59,390 nucleotides of DNA from Acidimicrobiia bacterium (GTDB taxonomy: Bacteria; Actinomycetota; Acidimicrobiia; Spongiisociales; JAHEDJ01): assembly GCA_029210695.1 (NCBI GenBank), contig JARGFH010000022.1, positions 1 to 59,390 on the forward strand, in the 5' to 3' direction. Under the pieces are notes generated by a model that saw only the letters and a program-made list of their open reading frames with translations, was not told the origin of the DNA and searched no databases. Shown here one piece after another: positions 38,496 to 48,654 of the stretch. Positions within the stretch are counted from its first letter, which is position 1. Every line of letters begins with the position of its first letter. The translations under genes and the position numbers were made by a program.

Positions 38496-38828
38496 CTAAT
38501 GCGTGTCTGCGATCTCGACGACAACTACGCCGATTACCGCAGCCCAGTCGAGTCCCCCATCCTGTGTTCGGGGTGTCGGCTCGATCGGCTCAATGATCAA
38601 TCGCTGCGGATGCACGAGATCAAGGCTCAGCTGGCCTTGCCGATCCCCGGTCAACTCGTGGCAGCGGCCAAGGCCAGGACCCCGCATGTCCACCAGGGTT
38701 GGCGCGGCCGCGAGCTGCGTGAGCCGAAGCGCGATCAGGTCACCTTGCCTCTTGCCCCAAGTCGTCACAAGTGCCTTCTCATTCGAGCATCGCTTGGCGA
38801 GCCTCGAGTTCGAAAACCAGACCTCCAA
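38496..38828 (-). CDS. higB: HigB/RelE-family toxin
   Basis: RCHELTGDRQGQLSLDLVHP.RLI, EI.DTH; upstream of higA. Confidence 0.85.
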   Translation of the reverse strand: MEVWFSNSRLAKRCSNEKALVTTWGKRQGDLIALRLTQLAAAPTLVDMRGPGLGRCHELTGDRQGQLSLDLVHPQRLIIEPIEPTPRTQDGGLDWAAVIGVVVVEIADTH

Positions 38829-38850
38829 ACCTCACCGCTCCATGATATCG

Positions 38851-38894
38851 TATACCTGTTCGGTAAACAAGATATGATTTACCTTGTAGGTGTA
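38851..38894. promoter_or_regulatory. Two imperfect palindromes (TWTACC-N5-GGTRWA); probable HigA operators
   Basis: TATACCTGTTCGGTAAA and TTTACCTTGTAGGTGTA in the divergent promoter. Confidence 0.55.
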
Positions 38895-38940
38895 TGGTAC
38901 TCTATGGCAGCTCGATCACAAAGCTATTGGACAGTCCAGG

Positions 38941-40008
38941 ATGGTTAACCCAACCGCCATCAAGATCACCGAGGGGACGCTGCCGTATCCCTCGGCCACC
39001 CTCGATACCCCACTGCTGGCACGCATTGCGGAACTCGGCGGCGGGCTCATGCTGAAGGGTGACCGCGGGGCCTCTGCCGCCGCCGTTCTTCGCTCACGCG
39101 GGTACGCGGGGACTCTCGTGCTCGACCCGGCCCGCTACGAGCAAGCTACATCTACCCCGGACCAGGGATCGTTGTTCGGCGACTACGACCCGTGGATCCG
39201 CCAGCAACAGGCCCAGGGAGTCACAACCTTCATTGCACCATCGCACGGAATCGGCCCACGCGAGTTCACCCGAGTCGCGGAAGTACTCGCGGCGGGTAAA
39301 ACGTTTGCGGCGGAGGTATCTGCCCACGGAATCGACGCCGAGGTGGTAGTCCCAGTCAACATCTATCGATCTTGGGTAGTCAGCCGGTGTCGGGAACTAC
39401 GCGATGTGGCTGGCGACACCCCCTTCACGATTGGGCTCCTCTTGACCAACCCCGGGGACCCCCTAGATCGAAAAGGTGCAGTCGCGGGTTTGACCGAGGT
39501 GGTCCGCGGGCTACCTGGGTGCGCCGTGCTCCGGACGGATCTTGCCGGCGGACTCGGTGCGCTTTCGGTCGGTGCGCGATGGGTGTCAATCGGAACGATG
39601 CCCACCCATCGTCATGCGACAAAACCGGGCACGCCGGGGTTCTCACCGAATGTCACCGATCGCACACCGAGCATCGTGGTGTCAGAACTTCTGAGCTTCC
39701 GGAAAGCTTCAAAGCTGGAACAGCTCGAACGAGTGGACCCCGTTCTCACCTGTCGCTGTCACGTGTGCAAAGGGGCCGACATCCGGCGCTTCGCCGATCC
39801 CGCCTACTACGACGAAGGCGAGTTCCACAACGCAGCGGTGGTGGCCGACCTCACCAATACCCTGGTGGCCGCGTCGGACCGGACAGCGACGTGGGGCAAT
39901 TGGTGCAACCGCGCCGTGGACACTCATGCATGGGTCGAGCAGGTCACGGGCGTCGCCCTCCCGGTGCCGCTGGCGATCGAGGAATGGGCTGCGATCTCGT
40001 CAACATGA
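38941..40008 (+). CDS. TIM-barrel-like protein with a TGT-type CxCxxC...HN zinc motif
   Basis: LVLDP..Y, FIAP, CRCHVC...EFHN. Confidence 0.55.
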   Translation: MVNPTAIKITEGTLPYPSATLDTPLLARIAELGGGLMLKGDRGASAAAVLRSRGYAGTLVLDPARYEQATSTPDQGSLFGDYDPWIRQQQAQGVTTFIAPSHGIGPREFTRVAEVLAAGKTFAAEVSAHGIDAEVVVPVNIYRSWVVSRCRELRDVAGDTPFTIGLLLTNPGDPLDRKGAVAGLTEVVRGLPGCAVLRTDLAGGLGALSVGARWVSIGTMPTHRHATKPGTPGFSPNVTDRTPSIVVSELLSFRKASKLEQLERVDPVLTCRCHVCKGADIRRFADPAYYDEGEFHNAAVVADLTNTLVAASDRTATWGNWCNRAVDTHAWVEQVTGVALPVPLAIEEWAAISST

Positions 40009-40585
40009 GCCAGGACTCGTAGGCCAACTCGGCATTGCGCCACCTTCGTGGACCCGAAGGAACCAGAAACCTCCGGCTCGGTTCCACCACGCTTTGAAGA
40101 TGGCGACCCTCAGTCGTCACTACTCCGATGCCCAATGTCCGAGCTCGATCCACCAGTCTCCTCCCACACAATGATCGAGCCACGCCGATGCCGCGAGGGG
40201 CGTCGGGAGCCAGCCAACTGACGCTTCGCAAACTGGACTCAGGCTCGCGGCCACTGACCACTGCGCCCACAAGTTGTACAGCTGGTCGAAACCACCGCAC
40301 CACAAACTCGGAATCACTCTCTACGACCCCAGGGGGAAGCCCATCGAGCAGCGCTGCCAACACCGGATCTATCGATGCCCATGGCACCGCCAGACCAAGC
40401 GGAAGTTCGCCGATGACCCGAAGCGCCGTCCGGTCCGTAAGCGGTTGTCGGAGACCTTCTCGACCTCTGCGGGCAATCTCCTCCTCGTCGAGCTGGATAA
40501 CCAATGTCACCCTCTCGCCCGCGATCCACACGTCGGGGAGAACGGTTCCTTCAAACCCCAGTGCCGCAGCCACTCGATCAATCAC
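39944..40585 (-). CDS. Hypothetical protein, possibly a degenerate restriction-endonuclease fold
   Basis: ATGA-coupled to the XRE gene; ARTLGIGVV, RW..AE..Y. Confidence 0.55.
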   Translation of the reverse strand: MIDRVAAALGFEGTVLPDVWIAGERVTLVIQLDEEEIARRGREGLRQPLTDRTALRVIGELPLGLAVPWASIDPVLAALLDGLPPGVVESDSEFVVRWFRPAVQLVGAVVSGREPESSLRSVSWLAPDAPRGIGVARSLCGRRLVDRARTLGIGVVTTEGRHLQSVVEPSRRFLVPSGPRRWRNAELAYESWLMLTRSQPIPRSPAAPGGRRP

Positions 40586-40836
40586 GGCGCCTCCTCAACA
40601 GCGTCCACTAGCTCGTCGAGACTCCCCTCAAGCTCGTCAACAACAGCCGAGACGATGAACAGCGCCGGGTAGGCGATACCACCCCGCTCGAGCTTCCGGA
40701 TCGTGTCGACTGACACACCGCTCTCCGACGCAAGGTGTGCCTGTGTTGTGCTGTGCCCCTTACGAAGTGCCTGCAGCGCGCGACCGAGCCTTTCCGCCCT
40801 TGACCAATCCGCCTCGCTTACTTTGCGTCGTCCCAC
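40582..40836 (-). CDS. XRE-family HTH regulator
   Basis: LGRALQALR...TQAHLASESGVSVDTIRKLERG...P. Confidence 0.88.
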   Translation of the reverse strand: MGRRKVSEADWSRAERLGRALQALRKGHSTTQAHLASESGVSVDTIRKLERGGIAYPALFIVSAVVDELEGSLDELVDAVEEAP

Positions 40837-40847
40837 GATATTTATCC

Positions 40848-40863
40848 TAGTATATATATACTA
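40848..40863. promoter_or_regulatory. Perfect palindrome TAGTATATATATACTA; probable XRE operator
   Basis: 16-bp AT-rich palindrome 11 bp upstream of the XRE start. Confidence 0.6.
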
Positions 40864-41235
40864 CCCTACTCAGTCGAGCCGCGAGGATCGGAGCGGGGAC
40901 CACGCACCGACTCACTGCGCCCCACAGCAAGCTTCCTCCGCCCGACGGGAGCAATAGGCTGGCATGGCAGCCGCTCACCACGTTCTGCGTCCTCAACGGT
41001 TTCACGCTCGAGTTCGTGCGGACGACGCAGTCGACCTCATGCTCCGACTGCCGCCAGCGACGTCGACGAAACCAACGTGGCAGCCTGGCTCGCCAGATAG
41101 CTCAGGCCTCTCGACTGACACACAACAAACCGCGCAATGGTCACCTCACGACCGACGGATGTGACCCGAGCCGAACCGGCAAAGCCTGGTCTCATTCCTA
41201 TCGCGCTCTCGGTGCGAGTGGTGTAGCCCGTCATC

Positions 41236-44200
41236 TCAACCCGCCTGACGTCGTCGGCCTCGGGACTCCCCCTCGTAGAGCTCCACGGTCTTGGGGTCGA
41301 GGAATGTGGCGGCATCGGGGCCTTCGTCTGCGTCGATCACGGCGAGTAGCTCGGTGTAGACGGCTTCGAGTGCGACTTGGTTGCCTTCGGCGATGGCGGC
41401 ACGCATGAGGTTGCGGTAGCACTCCTCGCAGGCTCCTGTGGCGACGAGTCCCTTCCGGGCCGCCCAGGTTGCCTGCTCGGGATCGCCGTGCGTCAGGGCG
41501 TATTCGGCGAGGCGGTGGGCGGCGTTGTCGATGGCGACGATGGTGTGGGTGATGATCCCGTCGGTGTGAGCCCACCCGTAGCTGTTGCCGGCTCCGGTGA
41601 ACGGGGTTCCTTCCACCAGTTGGAGAGCGGACCGCAGGTGGTCGGCTTCGTCTGCCCCCGTTGCTCGGTCGGCTTGGCGGATGTGGTCGGTGAATTGTTC
41701 GATGTCGCTGCGTAGGTGGGGGCTGATCCGGTAGCGGCCATCCCTGACATAGGACAGCAGGTGTTCGCCATCGGGGCCTAGGCCGAGGGTGGTCCGCGTG
41801 CGTGAGGTGTGGCGGTTGAGACGCCGGTAGTCGGGTGCCTCTTCTGGCCAGAGCGCTTCCATCAGGGCATCGGCTTCGACACCGTGGCGGTGGAAGGTGA
41901 GGTAGGCGACGAGCTCGGTGCCTCTTCGGAGCGGGAGATCGGCATCGAGACCGTCGACCCGGAGGGTGCCCAGCATCTTCACCTCAGGAACCGCACGGGT
42001 GGTGACCTGCTCGGTCACCTTCGAATCGGCGGTTTCGGTCGGCTCGTCGAGTGGCACCGGTATATCGACCGGTTCGTTCAGCAGGAGCGGATCAGTGGTG
42101 AGTTTGGGAGGGAGCCCTTCGAGGTCCTTGGCGGCAGCGACGAGGTTGGCGACCGCGGTCTGTTCTGTGGGGGTGAGGTTGCGTCGGGCGAAGGTGGAGC
42201 CGAGGGGCTCGATCCGAACGGTGTCGTTGTCGATGTGGAGTTGCCACCGGTTCCCCGTCGGGTAGCCGACGACTGCAGCGACAGCTCGGCCGGCGTGGGC
42301 GATGGTGAGAAGCCGGTCTGCCTCGTCGGTCGGGTCGGCTGCCGGGTCGAAGACGACGATCGGATCCCAGGTGTCGCCGCCTGGTGAGGAGATCCGACCA
42401 TGCAGTGGTGACGGAGATGCCATCCGGGTAATGGCGGTGGCTTTGGCGTCGAGGGTGGGGAGGATGTCGCCGAGGTGGTCGACGACTTGCACGCGTTCCA
42501 TGTGGGCAAGGTCTGCTCCGAATCCGACGCAGATGATCTGGATGCCGTCGGCTGCTGGGCTGGCGGCGAGTTCGGTGGCCATGGTGTAGCAGGTGGATGC
42601 AACGTCGTCGGGGTCGCCGGTGATCTGGGTGGCGCCGAGGTATTCGAGGTCGAGGAGCAGCTGGGCCTGGTCTTGGTGACCGACGCTGACGAGAGCCGGG
42701 TATGGGCCGGCGACGCCGTTGGCCTTGTGTCGTAGTCGAGCGATGTCCGTGTTAGTGGAGATCGTCCAGCTGCGTCCGTCGTCGTCGACGCTCCATTCGG
42801 GTGGCGGGTCCTGATGTGGGGTCCACAGCAGCAGCCGCAACTTCTCGGTGGTGAGGTGGACACCGACTACCTCGGGGGCTGGTGCGTGTGAGTCGATGAC
42901 GTCTTGGGCCATGGCGCGCAGGGCGAGGTCGATGAACTCGGTCGAGTCCGGTGCGGCCGCAGTGCGGATCGCGGTCTCGGTTTCGACGGTGTCGGCGGGT
43001 GGTGGCGTGGGGATCGTGCCGGGGCGGCGATGACGTAGCTGTACGCCTCGGAGACGGCGGAGGAGGGCGACGAGGCCGGCGGCGAGGATGCCGAGGCCGG
43101 CGAGGGTGCTGGCGATGGGCAGCAGATCACTCCCGGCACGGGCGTCAGATGCGGCGGTGGTGTCGGCGGGTTCGGATCGGTCGGTCGGTTCCGGCGATTC
43201 GGGTTGGCTGAGCGTCGTTGAGGATGTCGACACCTCAGAGGTCGGGGTCGGCTGCGTCACGGCCGGTAGGAGATCGGTCCCAGGCGTTTCCGTGGTGGGA
43301 GGCTCGTCGGGAAGGACCGGTGAGGGCACCGACCCGAGGAGAGGCTCAACCGCGTCCTCGGGTTGGGCGGGTGCTTGGGGGTCGTCGGGGATCGTGGGTA
43401 GGCGGAAGACCTGGCCGGGGTGGATGAGGTTCGGGTCGTGCGGTGGCTCCAGCCGATCCTGGTTGGCTTCGATCAGCTGCTTCGTGTAGTTCGTTGTCTC
43501 GCTGGTGGTGGGCGTGCGATCCCAAGCGTCGGTGAGGGTGTCTTCGGCGATGCTCCAGAAGGTGTCACCTGGCGCGACCGTGACCTCGTCATGGTTCGCA
43601 GACTCGGTGCGTTCCGAGACCTGAGGTGCTGCCGACTCGATGTTCGCGTCGGTGGGGGTTGGGGGCAGTTCGAGCTGTTGGCCGGGAAAGATGAGGTTGG
43701 GGTCGTGCGGTGGGCGCAGTCGGTCTCGGTTGGACTCGACGAGGCTCCGCCAGTACTTCGATACTTCGTCGCCCGTGGGGGCCCGTCCCCATGCGGTCTC
43801 GAGCGTGGTTTCGGCGATCGTCCAGAAGTTGTCGCCCGCCTCGACCGTCACTTCGCTCCCCACTCGTGATACCTGACCGGTGTCGGGGGTGGAGGCATCG
43901 TTCGGGAGGAGGATGAGCCAGCCCTGTGAGAGCCGGTCCGTCTCCTTCGTGAAGTCGTGGCCGTCAACCATGGTTCGCCCGTTGTTGAGGTCACGGATTT
44001 CTTTCCATCGTCGACCGTCGTCGAGGGTCGTCTCGGCGATGCTCCAGAGTGTGTCGTGTCGCCGAACTCGGTATGTCGGTAGATCGGAGTTGGTGCCTCG
44101 ATGCGGTGCCGGCACCCCCGCGGCGACGGCTGTCGGTCCAAGACCTGGGGAGGAAGACGTCTGGTGGGTCTGGGTCACAGAGACTGGGTCGGGCAGCGGG

Positions 44201-44589
44201 CTCGCGGCGGCGGGGGCGACCCGGAGTGGGCCGAGGGTGGCGACTGCCAAGGTGATGGCGGCCACGAGTTGGGCGGTTGCCGGTTGCAGTCCCGGTAGGA
44301 CCGGTAGGCGACGGGCGGTCCCGCCTCGAACGGCCGCTACGGCTTCCGCGAGAAGGACGATGACGATCTGGATCCAGACGATCCAAACAATGACCGCCAG
44401 CGTGTTGATGAGGATTTGAGGGTCGATGCCGCCTCGCAGCGCGATTTGGATCCGGTCGATGGAGGGGAGGGTGGTGGGTAGTGGCCATCCCACGTATGAG
44501 ACCAGTCCGGCGGGGACTGCGATGACGAACACCAGGCTGGCGATGAGGGCGCCGATGCCGCGAAGGATGGTCGTTGCGTGTCGCATCAT
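41236..44589 (-). CDS. Membrane protein with three LysM domains and a C-terminal BTAD (SARP-like) region
   Basis: V..GD..W.IAE...PNLI.PG repeats, TM helices, ELVAYL, ALWP, SDIEQF, ALQLVEG.PF, E..YR.LMRA. Confidence 0.88.
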   Translation of the reverse strand: MMRHATTILRGIGALIASLVFVIAVPAGLVSYVGWPLPTTLPSIDRIQIALRGGIDPQILINTLAVIVWIVWIQIVIVLLAEAVAAVRGGTARRLPVLPGLQPATAQLVAAITLAVATLGPLRVAPAAASPLPDPVSVTQTHQTSSSPGLGPTAVAAGVPAPHRGTNSDLPTYRVRRHDTLWSIAETTLDDGRRWKEIRDLNNGRTMVDGHDFTKETDRLSQGWLILLPNDASTPDTGQVSRVGSEVTVEAGDNFWTIAETTLETAWGRAPTGDEVSKYWRSLVESNRDRLRPPHDPNLIFPGQQLELPPTPTDANIESAAPQVSERTESANHDEVTVAPGDTFWSIAEDTLTDAWDRTPTTSETTNYTKQLIEANQDRLEPPHDPNLIHPGQVFRLPTIPDDPQAPAQPEDAVEPLLGSVPSPVLPDEPPTTETPGTDLLPAVTQPTPTSEVSTSSTTLSQPESPEPTDRSEPADTTAASDARAGSDLLPIASTLAGLGILAAGLVALLRRLRGVQLRHRRPGTIPTPPPADTVETETAIRTAAAPDSTEFIDLALRAMAQDVIDSHAPAPEVVGVHLTTEKLRLLLWTPHQDPPPEWSVDDDGRSWTISTNTDIARLRHKANGVAGPYPALVSVGHQDQAQLLLDLEYLGATQITGDPDDVASTCYTMATELAASPAADGIQIICVGFGADLAHMERVQVVDHLGDILPTLDAKATAITRMASPSPLHGRISSPGGDTWDPIVVFDPAADPTDEADRLLTIAHAGRAVAAVVGYPTGNRWQLHIDNDTVRIEPLGSTFARRNLTPTEQTAVANLVAAAKDLEGLPPKLTTDPLLLNEPVDIPVPLDEPTETADSKVTEQVTTRAVPEVKMLGTLRVDGLDADLPLRRGTELVAYLTFHRHGVEADALMEALWPEEAPDYRRLNRHTSRTRTTLGLGPDGEHLLSYVRDGRYRISPHLRSDIEQFTDHIRQADRATGADEADHLRSALQLVEGTPFTGAGNSYGWAHTDGIITHTIVAIDNAAHRLAEYALTHGDPEQATWAARKGLVATGACEECYRNLMRAAIAEGNQVALEAVYTELLAVIDADEGPDAATFLDPKTVELYEGESRGRRRQAG

Positions 44590-44990
44590 GGCTCCTGGGT
44601 GATGGCTGCGGCGGTCTCGGTGGCGCTGACGGTCATCGGCCCGGTCGGGAGAAGGACGGGGTCGACGGTGATGTCGACAGTGACGGTAACGGTCGCACCG
44701 TTCACGATTACGTTCGTCGCGCTGTATCCGAGGATGGCCAGGTATGCCTCGACACGGTTGGCCGCCTCGCTGGGAAGCAGTTGTAGGTCGCCGGTGGTGC
44801 GGAGCGTGTCGAGGTCAACGGCTTGGGCGCCGGCGCGGGCGGCGTTGTCGGCGATGTGGCTTGCTTCGCGCAATGCGTTGACCTTCCGTCCGCCGTCGAT
44901 GGCGAGGCCGCCCGCCATGAGGAGAGCGAGCGCAATGACTGCCAGGAAGGTGGACACCGCTCCCCGTTCGTCGGCAAGGATCCGGCTCAT
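44586..44990 (-). CDS. TadG/TadE-like pseudopilin
   Basis: DERG|AVS, GLAIDGG, A.NAARAGAQ. Confidence 0.8.
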   Translation of the reverse strand: MSRILADERGAVSTFLAVIALALLMAGGLAIDGGRKVNALREASHIADNAARAGAQAVDLDTLRTTGDLQLLPSEAANRVEAYLAILGYSATNVIVNGATVTVTVDITVDPVLLPTGPMTVSATETAAAITQEP

Positions 44991-45415
44991 GGTGGGCTCC
45001 CACCGTCGGCTCGGAACGTGTCGAGTATCTCGACTGCAGTTGCGGCGAAGGTGCGGCTGCCGGGTACGGCGAGCATGGCGATGTCGCCGAATGCGGCCTC
45101 GCAGCTGACCGTCACTGTCACCTGTCCCCCGGCGTCGAAATCGGAGGTGTCAACAATGACCTCCATACGCCGACATGCCACGGCCCCTTCGGCAATGTTG
45201 GCTTCGGCGGTCTCGGTGGCCGCTTCTACGGCTGCTCGAGGTGCGCCAACGAGGGAAGCCGCACGAGCGGCCTCGTGAGCCGCGTTGGCAACGTCGCCTT
45301 CGGCCTGGGCGACACGCCCGGCGAACACCACGAAGAGCATGAACCCGATCAGGAGCGGAGCGAGTACCGCCAGTTCGGTGGAGACCGCCCCTCGCTGTCC
45401 GTCGAGGCGGGTCAT
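44987..45415 (-). CDS. tadE: TadE-like pseudopilin
   Basis: QRG|AVSTELAVL.P, AA.EAARAAS. Confidence 0.82.
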   Translation of the reverse strand: MTRLDGQRGAVSTELAVLAPLLIGFMLFVVFAGRVAQAEGDVANAAHEAARAASLVGAPRAAVEAATETAEANIAEGAVACRRMEVIVDTSDFDAGGQVTVTVSCEAAFGDIAMLAVPGSRTFAATAVEILDTFRADGGSPP

Positions 45416-45588
45416 CGTTCCGGCTCTGTAGGAAGTGCTTTGAGTTCTCATCTCGTGTCTCCCCCCAGCGTGAGGTGTTTACCGGGTGTAGAGCCCGCGA
45501 AAAGTCGGAAGGGATACTCCGACGGTCTCTCGGGATTCCCGGCTATTTTTCGGGATTCATGACGGTGTGTCGGTCTGGGTGAAGTGAG

Positions 45589-46683
45589 GTGGCGATGTCG
45601 TTGGCGGTGGTTCGGTCGTTGGGCACGGCTCGTAGCTTGCGCTCGCCTCAGGAGTTCGAGGATTTCGAGCAGGAGCTTGTCGACCAGTTCTCGCTGGCGG
45701 CGGCAGGTGCGGGTGTGACCGACCGGCACGTTTCGGTGGATCGCACGATCGTCTTCGAGTTCATCCGCTTCATCGACCGACCGGTGTGGACGGCCACGCC
45801 TGCGGACGCCGACCGGTATCTGGTGTGGCTGCGGCGAGACCGTGGTCAGGCCAAGTCGACGGTGCAGGCAAAGGCCTGGACGCTGGGCCGCTTCTTCGAC
45901 TTTGTTGTCGGCCGCTACCAGGGCGACATCCACGCCCTCACCGGCACAGTGGTGGTCCAGCCGATCGACGAGTTCAACCGGCCGGCCAAAGCCGACTACG
46001 GGGGTTCGCCGCGAGTCCCGCCCTCGAGCGACGAGGTGGAGGGGCTTTTCGTCGCCTGGCGGGAGGTTCTGCCCGACGCCAGGAAGTTCCTGCCCGCCGC
46101 CCGTGACTATCTGGCTGCATCGTTGTGGCGTCGCTGCGGGCTTCGGATCGGCGAAACGGTGATGCTCGACCTCCGCGATTGGCGTCCCGACCTCGGCGAG
46201 CACGGCAAACTGCATGTCCGATTCGGGAAGGGCAGCAACGGTCGGGGCCCGAAGACCCGGCTGGTCCCAGCTATCAACTCGGTTGATGAGTTGCTGGTGT
46301 GGTGGCTCACCGATGTGCGCCACCAGTTCGGTGACGACTGGGACGACCCCGACGCTCCTCTCCTCCCGAGCGAACGTCGGGACCGGCTGACGACACGATG
46401 CGGACGGATAGGACCCGAGGCGCTGCGAGCCGGACTGGCTCATGCGGTGGGACGTTGGTTGCCCGCTTGGAGTGGACGGCTGACACCCCACGGGCTCCGT
46501 CATTTCTGCGCCTCGTCTCTCTATGAGCGAGGCATGGACCTCAAGGCCATCCAAGAGCTGTTGGGTCACGAGTGGCTGTCCACCACCACCCGATACATCC
46601 ATGTTCACGACAACCACATCGAACAAGCCTGGGCTGCTGCCAACCAGCGGGTAGCTGCCCGGTTTGGCGAGGAAACGAGGTGA
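45589..46683 (+). CDS. XerC/D-like tyrosine recombinase
   Basis: GLRIGE, GKG, TPHGLRH, LLGH, TTRY. Confidence 0.92.
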   Translation: MAMSLAVVRSLGTARSLRSPQEFEDFEQELVDQFSLAAAGAGVTDRHVSVDRTIVFEFIRFIDRPVWTATPADADRYLVWLRRDRGQAKSTVQAKAWTLGRFFDFVVGRYQGDIHALTGTVVVQPIDEFNRPAKADYGGSPRVPPSSDEVEGLFVAWREVLPDARKFLPAARDYLAASLWRRCGLRIGETVMLDLRDWRPDLGEHGKLHVRFGKGSNGRGPKTRLVPAINSVDELLVWWLTDVRHQFGDDWDDPDAPLLPSERRDRLTTRCGRIGPEALRAGLAHAVGRWLPAWSGRLTPHGLRHFCASSLYERGMDLKAIQELLGHEWLSTTTRYIHVHDNHIEQAWAAANQRVAARFGEETR

Positions 46684-46687
46684 GATC

Positions 46688-46999
46688 ATGCGTTGGAATC
46701 TGCGAATGAAGGCCGCCGAGGAGGGCATCTGGAAGTCCACCGAGATGCGACGCCGACTAGCAGATGCCGGTCTGGAGATCAGCGCAGGGAAGATGTCGGC
46801 GCTGTGGACGGGAACACCCACCACCATCCGCCTTGACGACCTCGACGTGTTCTGCCATGTGCTCGACTGCGGTCCGGATGATCTGCTGATCCCCGAACCG
46901 GACAAGGTCGAAGCCACCAAACCCACCACGGCAGCCACCGCCGAACAGGGGACAACGCCGATCCGACCCGGCCGGAACCGGACCAAGCCACCGGCTTGA
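46688..46999 (+). CDS. HTH (Cro/C1-type) protein
   Basis: MRWNLR..AAE.GIW...IRLDDL...C.VLDC.PDDLL. Confidence 0.8.
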   Translation: MRWNLRMKAAEEGIWKSTEMRRRLADAGLEISAGKMSALWTGTPTTIRLDDLDVFCHVLDCGPDDLLIPEPDKVEATKPTTAATAEQGTTPIRPGRNRTKPPA

Positions 47000-48645
47000 C
47001 CCGACCTAGAGCATGCACCGGATGTGGTGTGAAGCCGGTCGCCACCAAACGCCACCAGTTCTGTTTCACCTGTCAGCCCGGAGGGTCGTTCCCAGAGCCT
47101 CCCTGCCGCCGGTGCGGATCGGTCGACGACTATTACTCGGCCGGGTTGTGCGCCCGCTGCCACCAGTACGCACCGCAACAGCCCGGATCGTGTGAGGACT
47201 GTCACGCCTGGGGGGTTGCCCGACAGCAACAGGGCGTGTGCTACGGCTGTCGAAACTGGCGGAAGTCGCATCCCATCCCGGGTCCATGCACGATCTGCAG
47301 CCGCTGGCGTCCTGTCGACTCCCGCCGTCTGTGCCGTCTCTGCTGGCGGCAGGCCGCCAACCAACGGCGACCCCAACAGCCACTCGACCCGGTCGCCGCC
47401 AACCGGTGCGGACAGCAGCTCTTCTTCGCCGACATGCACCGCCAAGCCCGCAACCGCGCCCCAGCAGCACCAGCCAGCCCACCAACCTCCTCGTCTTCGA
47501 CCACCACCCCCCATCACCTCCGTCAGCAGCTCGACCTGTTCGACCAGCCCGATCCGAGGCTGGAAATCCTCGAGAGCATCTCCCGAGACCGCGCCGTTCG
47601 TTTTGGATGGAGCAAGGTCACCCTCAAACGAGTCCTCGCCGGCATCAGAACCCTGTGCAGACTCCACCCTGCCGCTGACACGATCAGAGCCACCGACGTG
47701 GCCGCCCTCACCGCCCGCGGCCTGCCCGTCAGCCAATGCCTCGATCTGTTCGCCGCGGCGGAGATGCTCCACGACGACCGCACCCCCGCCATCGAAGCCT
47801 GGTTCGCTCGACAGGTTGCCGACCTTCCCGAAGCCATGGTCAGCGAGCTCCAACTCTGGTTCGATGTCCTCTCCAACGGGAGCACCCAACCGCCCCGTAG
47901 CCGGCCACGGTCGCCGATCACCATCAAGACCCGTCTGGCCTGGGCGCTGCCCACCCTCAAAGCATGGGCCTACCAGGGTCATCAGTCCCTCCGAGAGATC
48001 AGCCGCCAAGACGTCGAAGTGGCTCTCCCGGCCGGCGGAAACCCTCGAGCCACCCTCGGGTACGCCCTCCGATCCATCTTCGGCACCCTCAAAGCCCACA
48101 AGACGATCTTCACCAACCCGACCAGCCGCATCGATGTAGGGACCATCGACCGGCACCAGCCCCTCCCCCTGGACCCCGACCAGATACGGGAAGCCTTCAC
48201 TTCTACCGATCCCGGTCGGGCGGTGCTTGCCGGCCTCATCGCCTTCCACGGCATCCGATCCAAAGAGATCCGTGACTTGGCGCTCACCGACCTTCGTGAC
48301 GGTCGACTCCATCTCCCCGACCGCACGATTCCGCTCGCCGAGCCGGTCAAGACACGACTCGCCGTCTGGCTCGACTATCGCAACGACCGGTGGCCCCATA
48401 CTGCTAACCCGCACCTGTTCATCCACCACAGAACGGCCACCGGCACTGGACCGGTCGGCAGCCGGTGGGTTGGCCTCGCCCTCGGCTTCTCCCCCGACGC
48501 CCTCCGCCAAGACCGGATCCTCGACGAAGCTTTGGCCACCAGCGGCGACGTCCGACGGATCAGTGACCTGTTCGGTGTCACCGTCAAGACCGCGGAGCGA
48601 TACGCCCGCGTTCTCGACCCTCCCGGACTCAGGGCCCATGTTTAG
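46996..48645 (+). CDS. Cys-rich zinc-finger plus degenerate tyrosine-recombinase protein
   Basis: Many N-terminal CxxC motifs; HGIRSKEI, LRQDRILDE, LFG, RY. Confidence 0.78.
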   Translation: MTRPRACTGCGVKPVATKRHQFCFTCQPGGSFPEPPCRRCGSVDDYYSAGLCARCHQYAPQQPGSCEDCHAWGVARQQQGVCYGCRNWRKSHPIPGPCTICSRWRPVDSRRLCRLCWRQAANQRRPQQPLDPVAANRCGQQLFFADMHRQARNRAPAAPASPPTSSSSTTTPHHLRQQLDLFDQPDPRLEILESISRDRAVRFGWSKVTLKRVLAGIRTLCRLHPAADTIRATDVAALTARGLPVSQCLDLFAAAEMLHDDRTPAIEAWFARQVADLPEAMVSELQLWFDVLSNGSTQPPRSRPRSPITIKTRLAWALPTLKAWAYQGHQSLREISRQDVEVALPAGGNPRATLGYALRSIFGTLKAHKTIFTNPTSRIDVGTIDRHQPLPLDPDQIREAFTSTDPGRAVLAGLIAFHGIRSKEIRDLALTDLRDGRLHLPDRTIPLAEPVKTRLAVWLDYRNDRWPHTANPHLFIHHRTATGTGPVGSRWVGLALGFSPDALRQDRILDEALATSGDVRRISDLFGVTVKTAERYARVLDPPGLRAHV

Positions 48646-48654
48646 GATCGGCTC

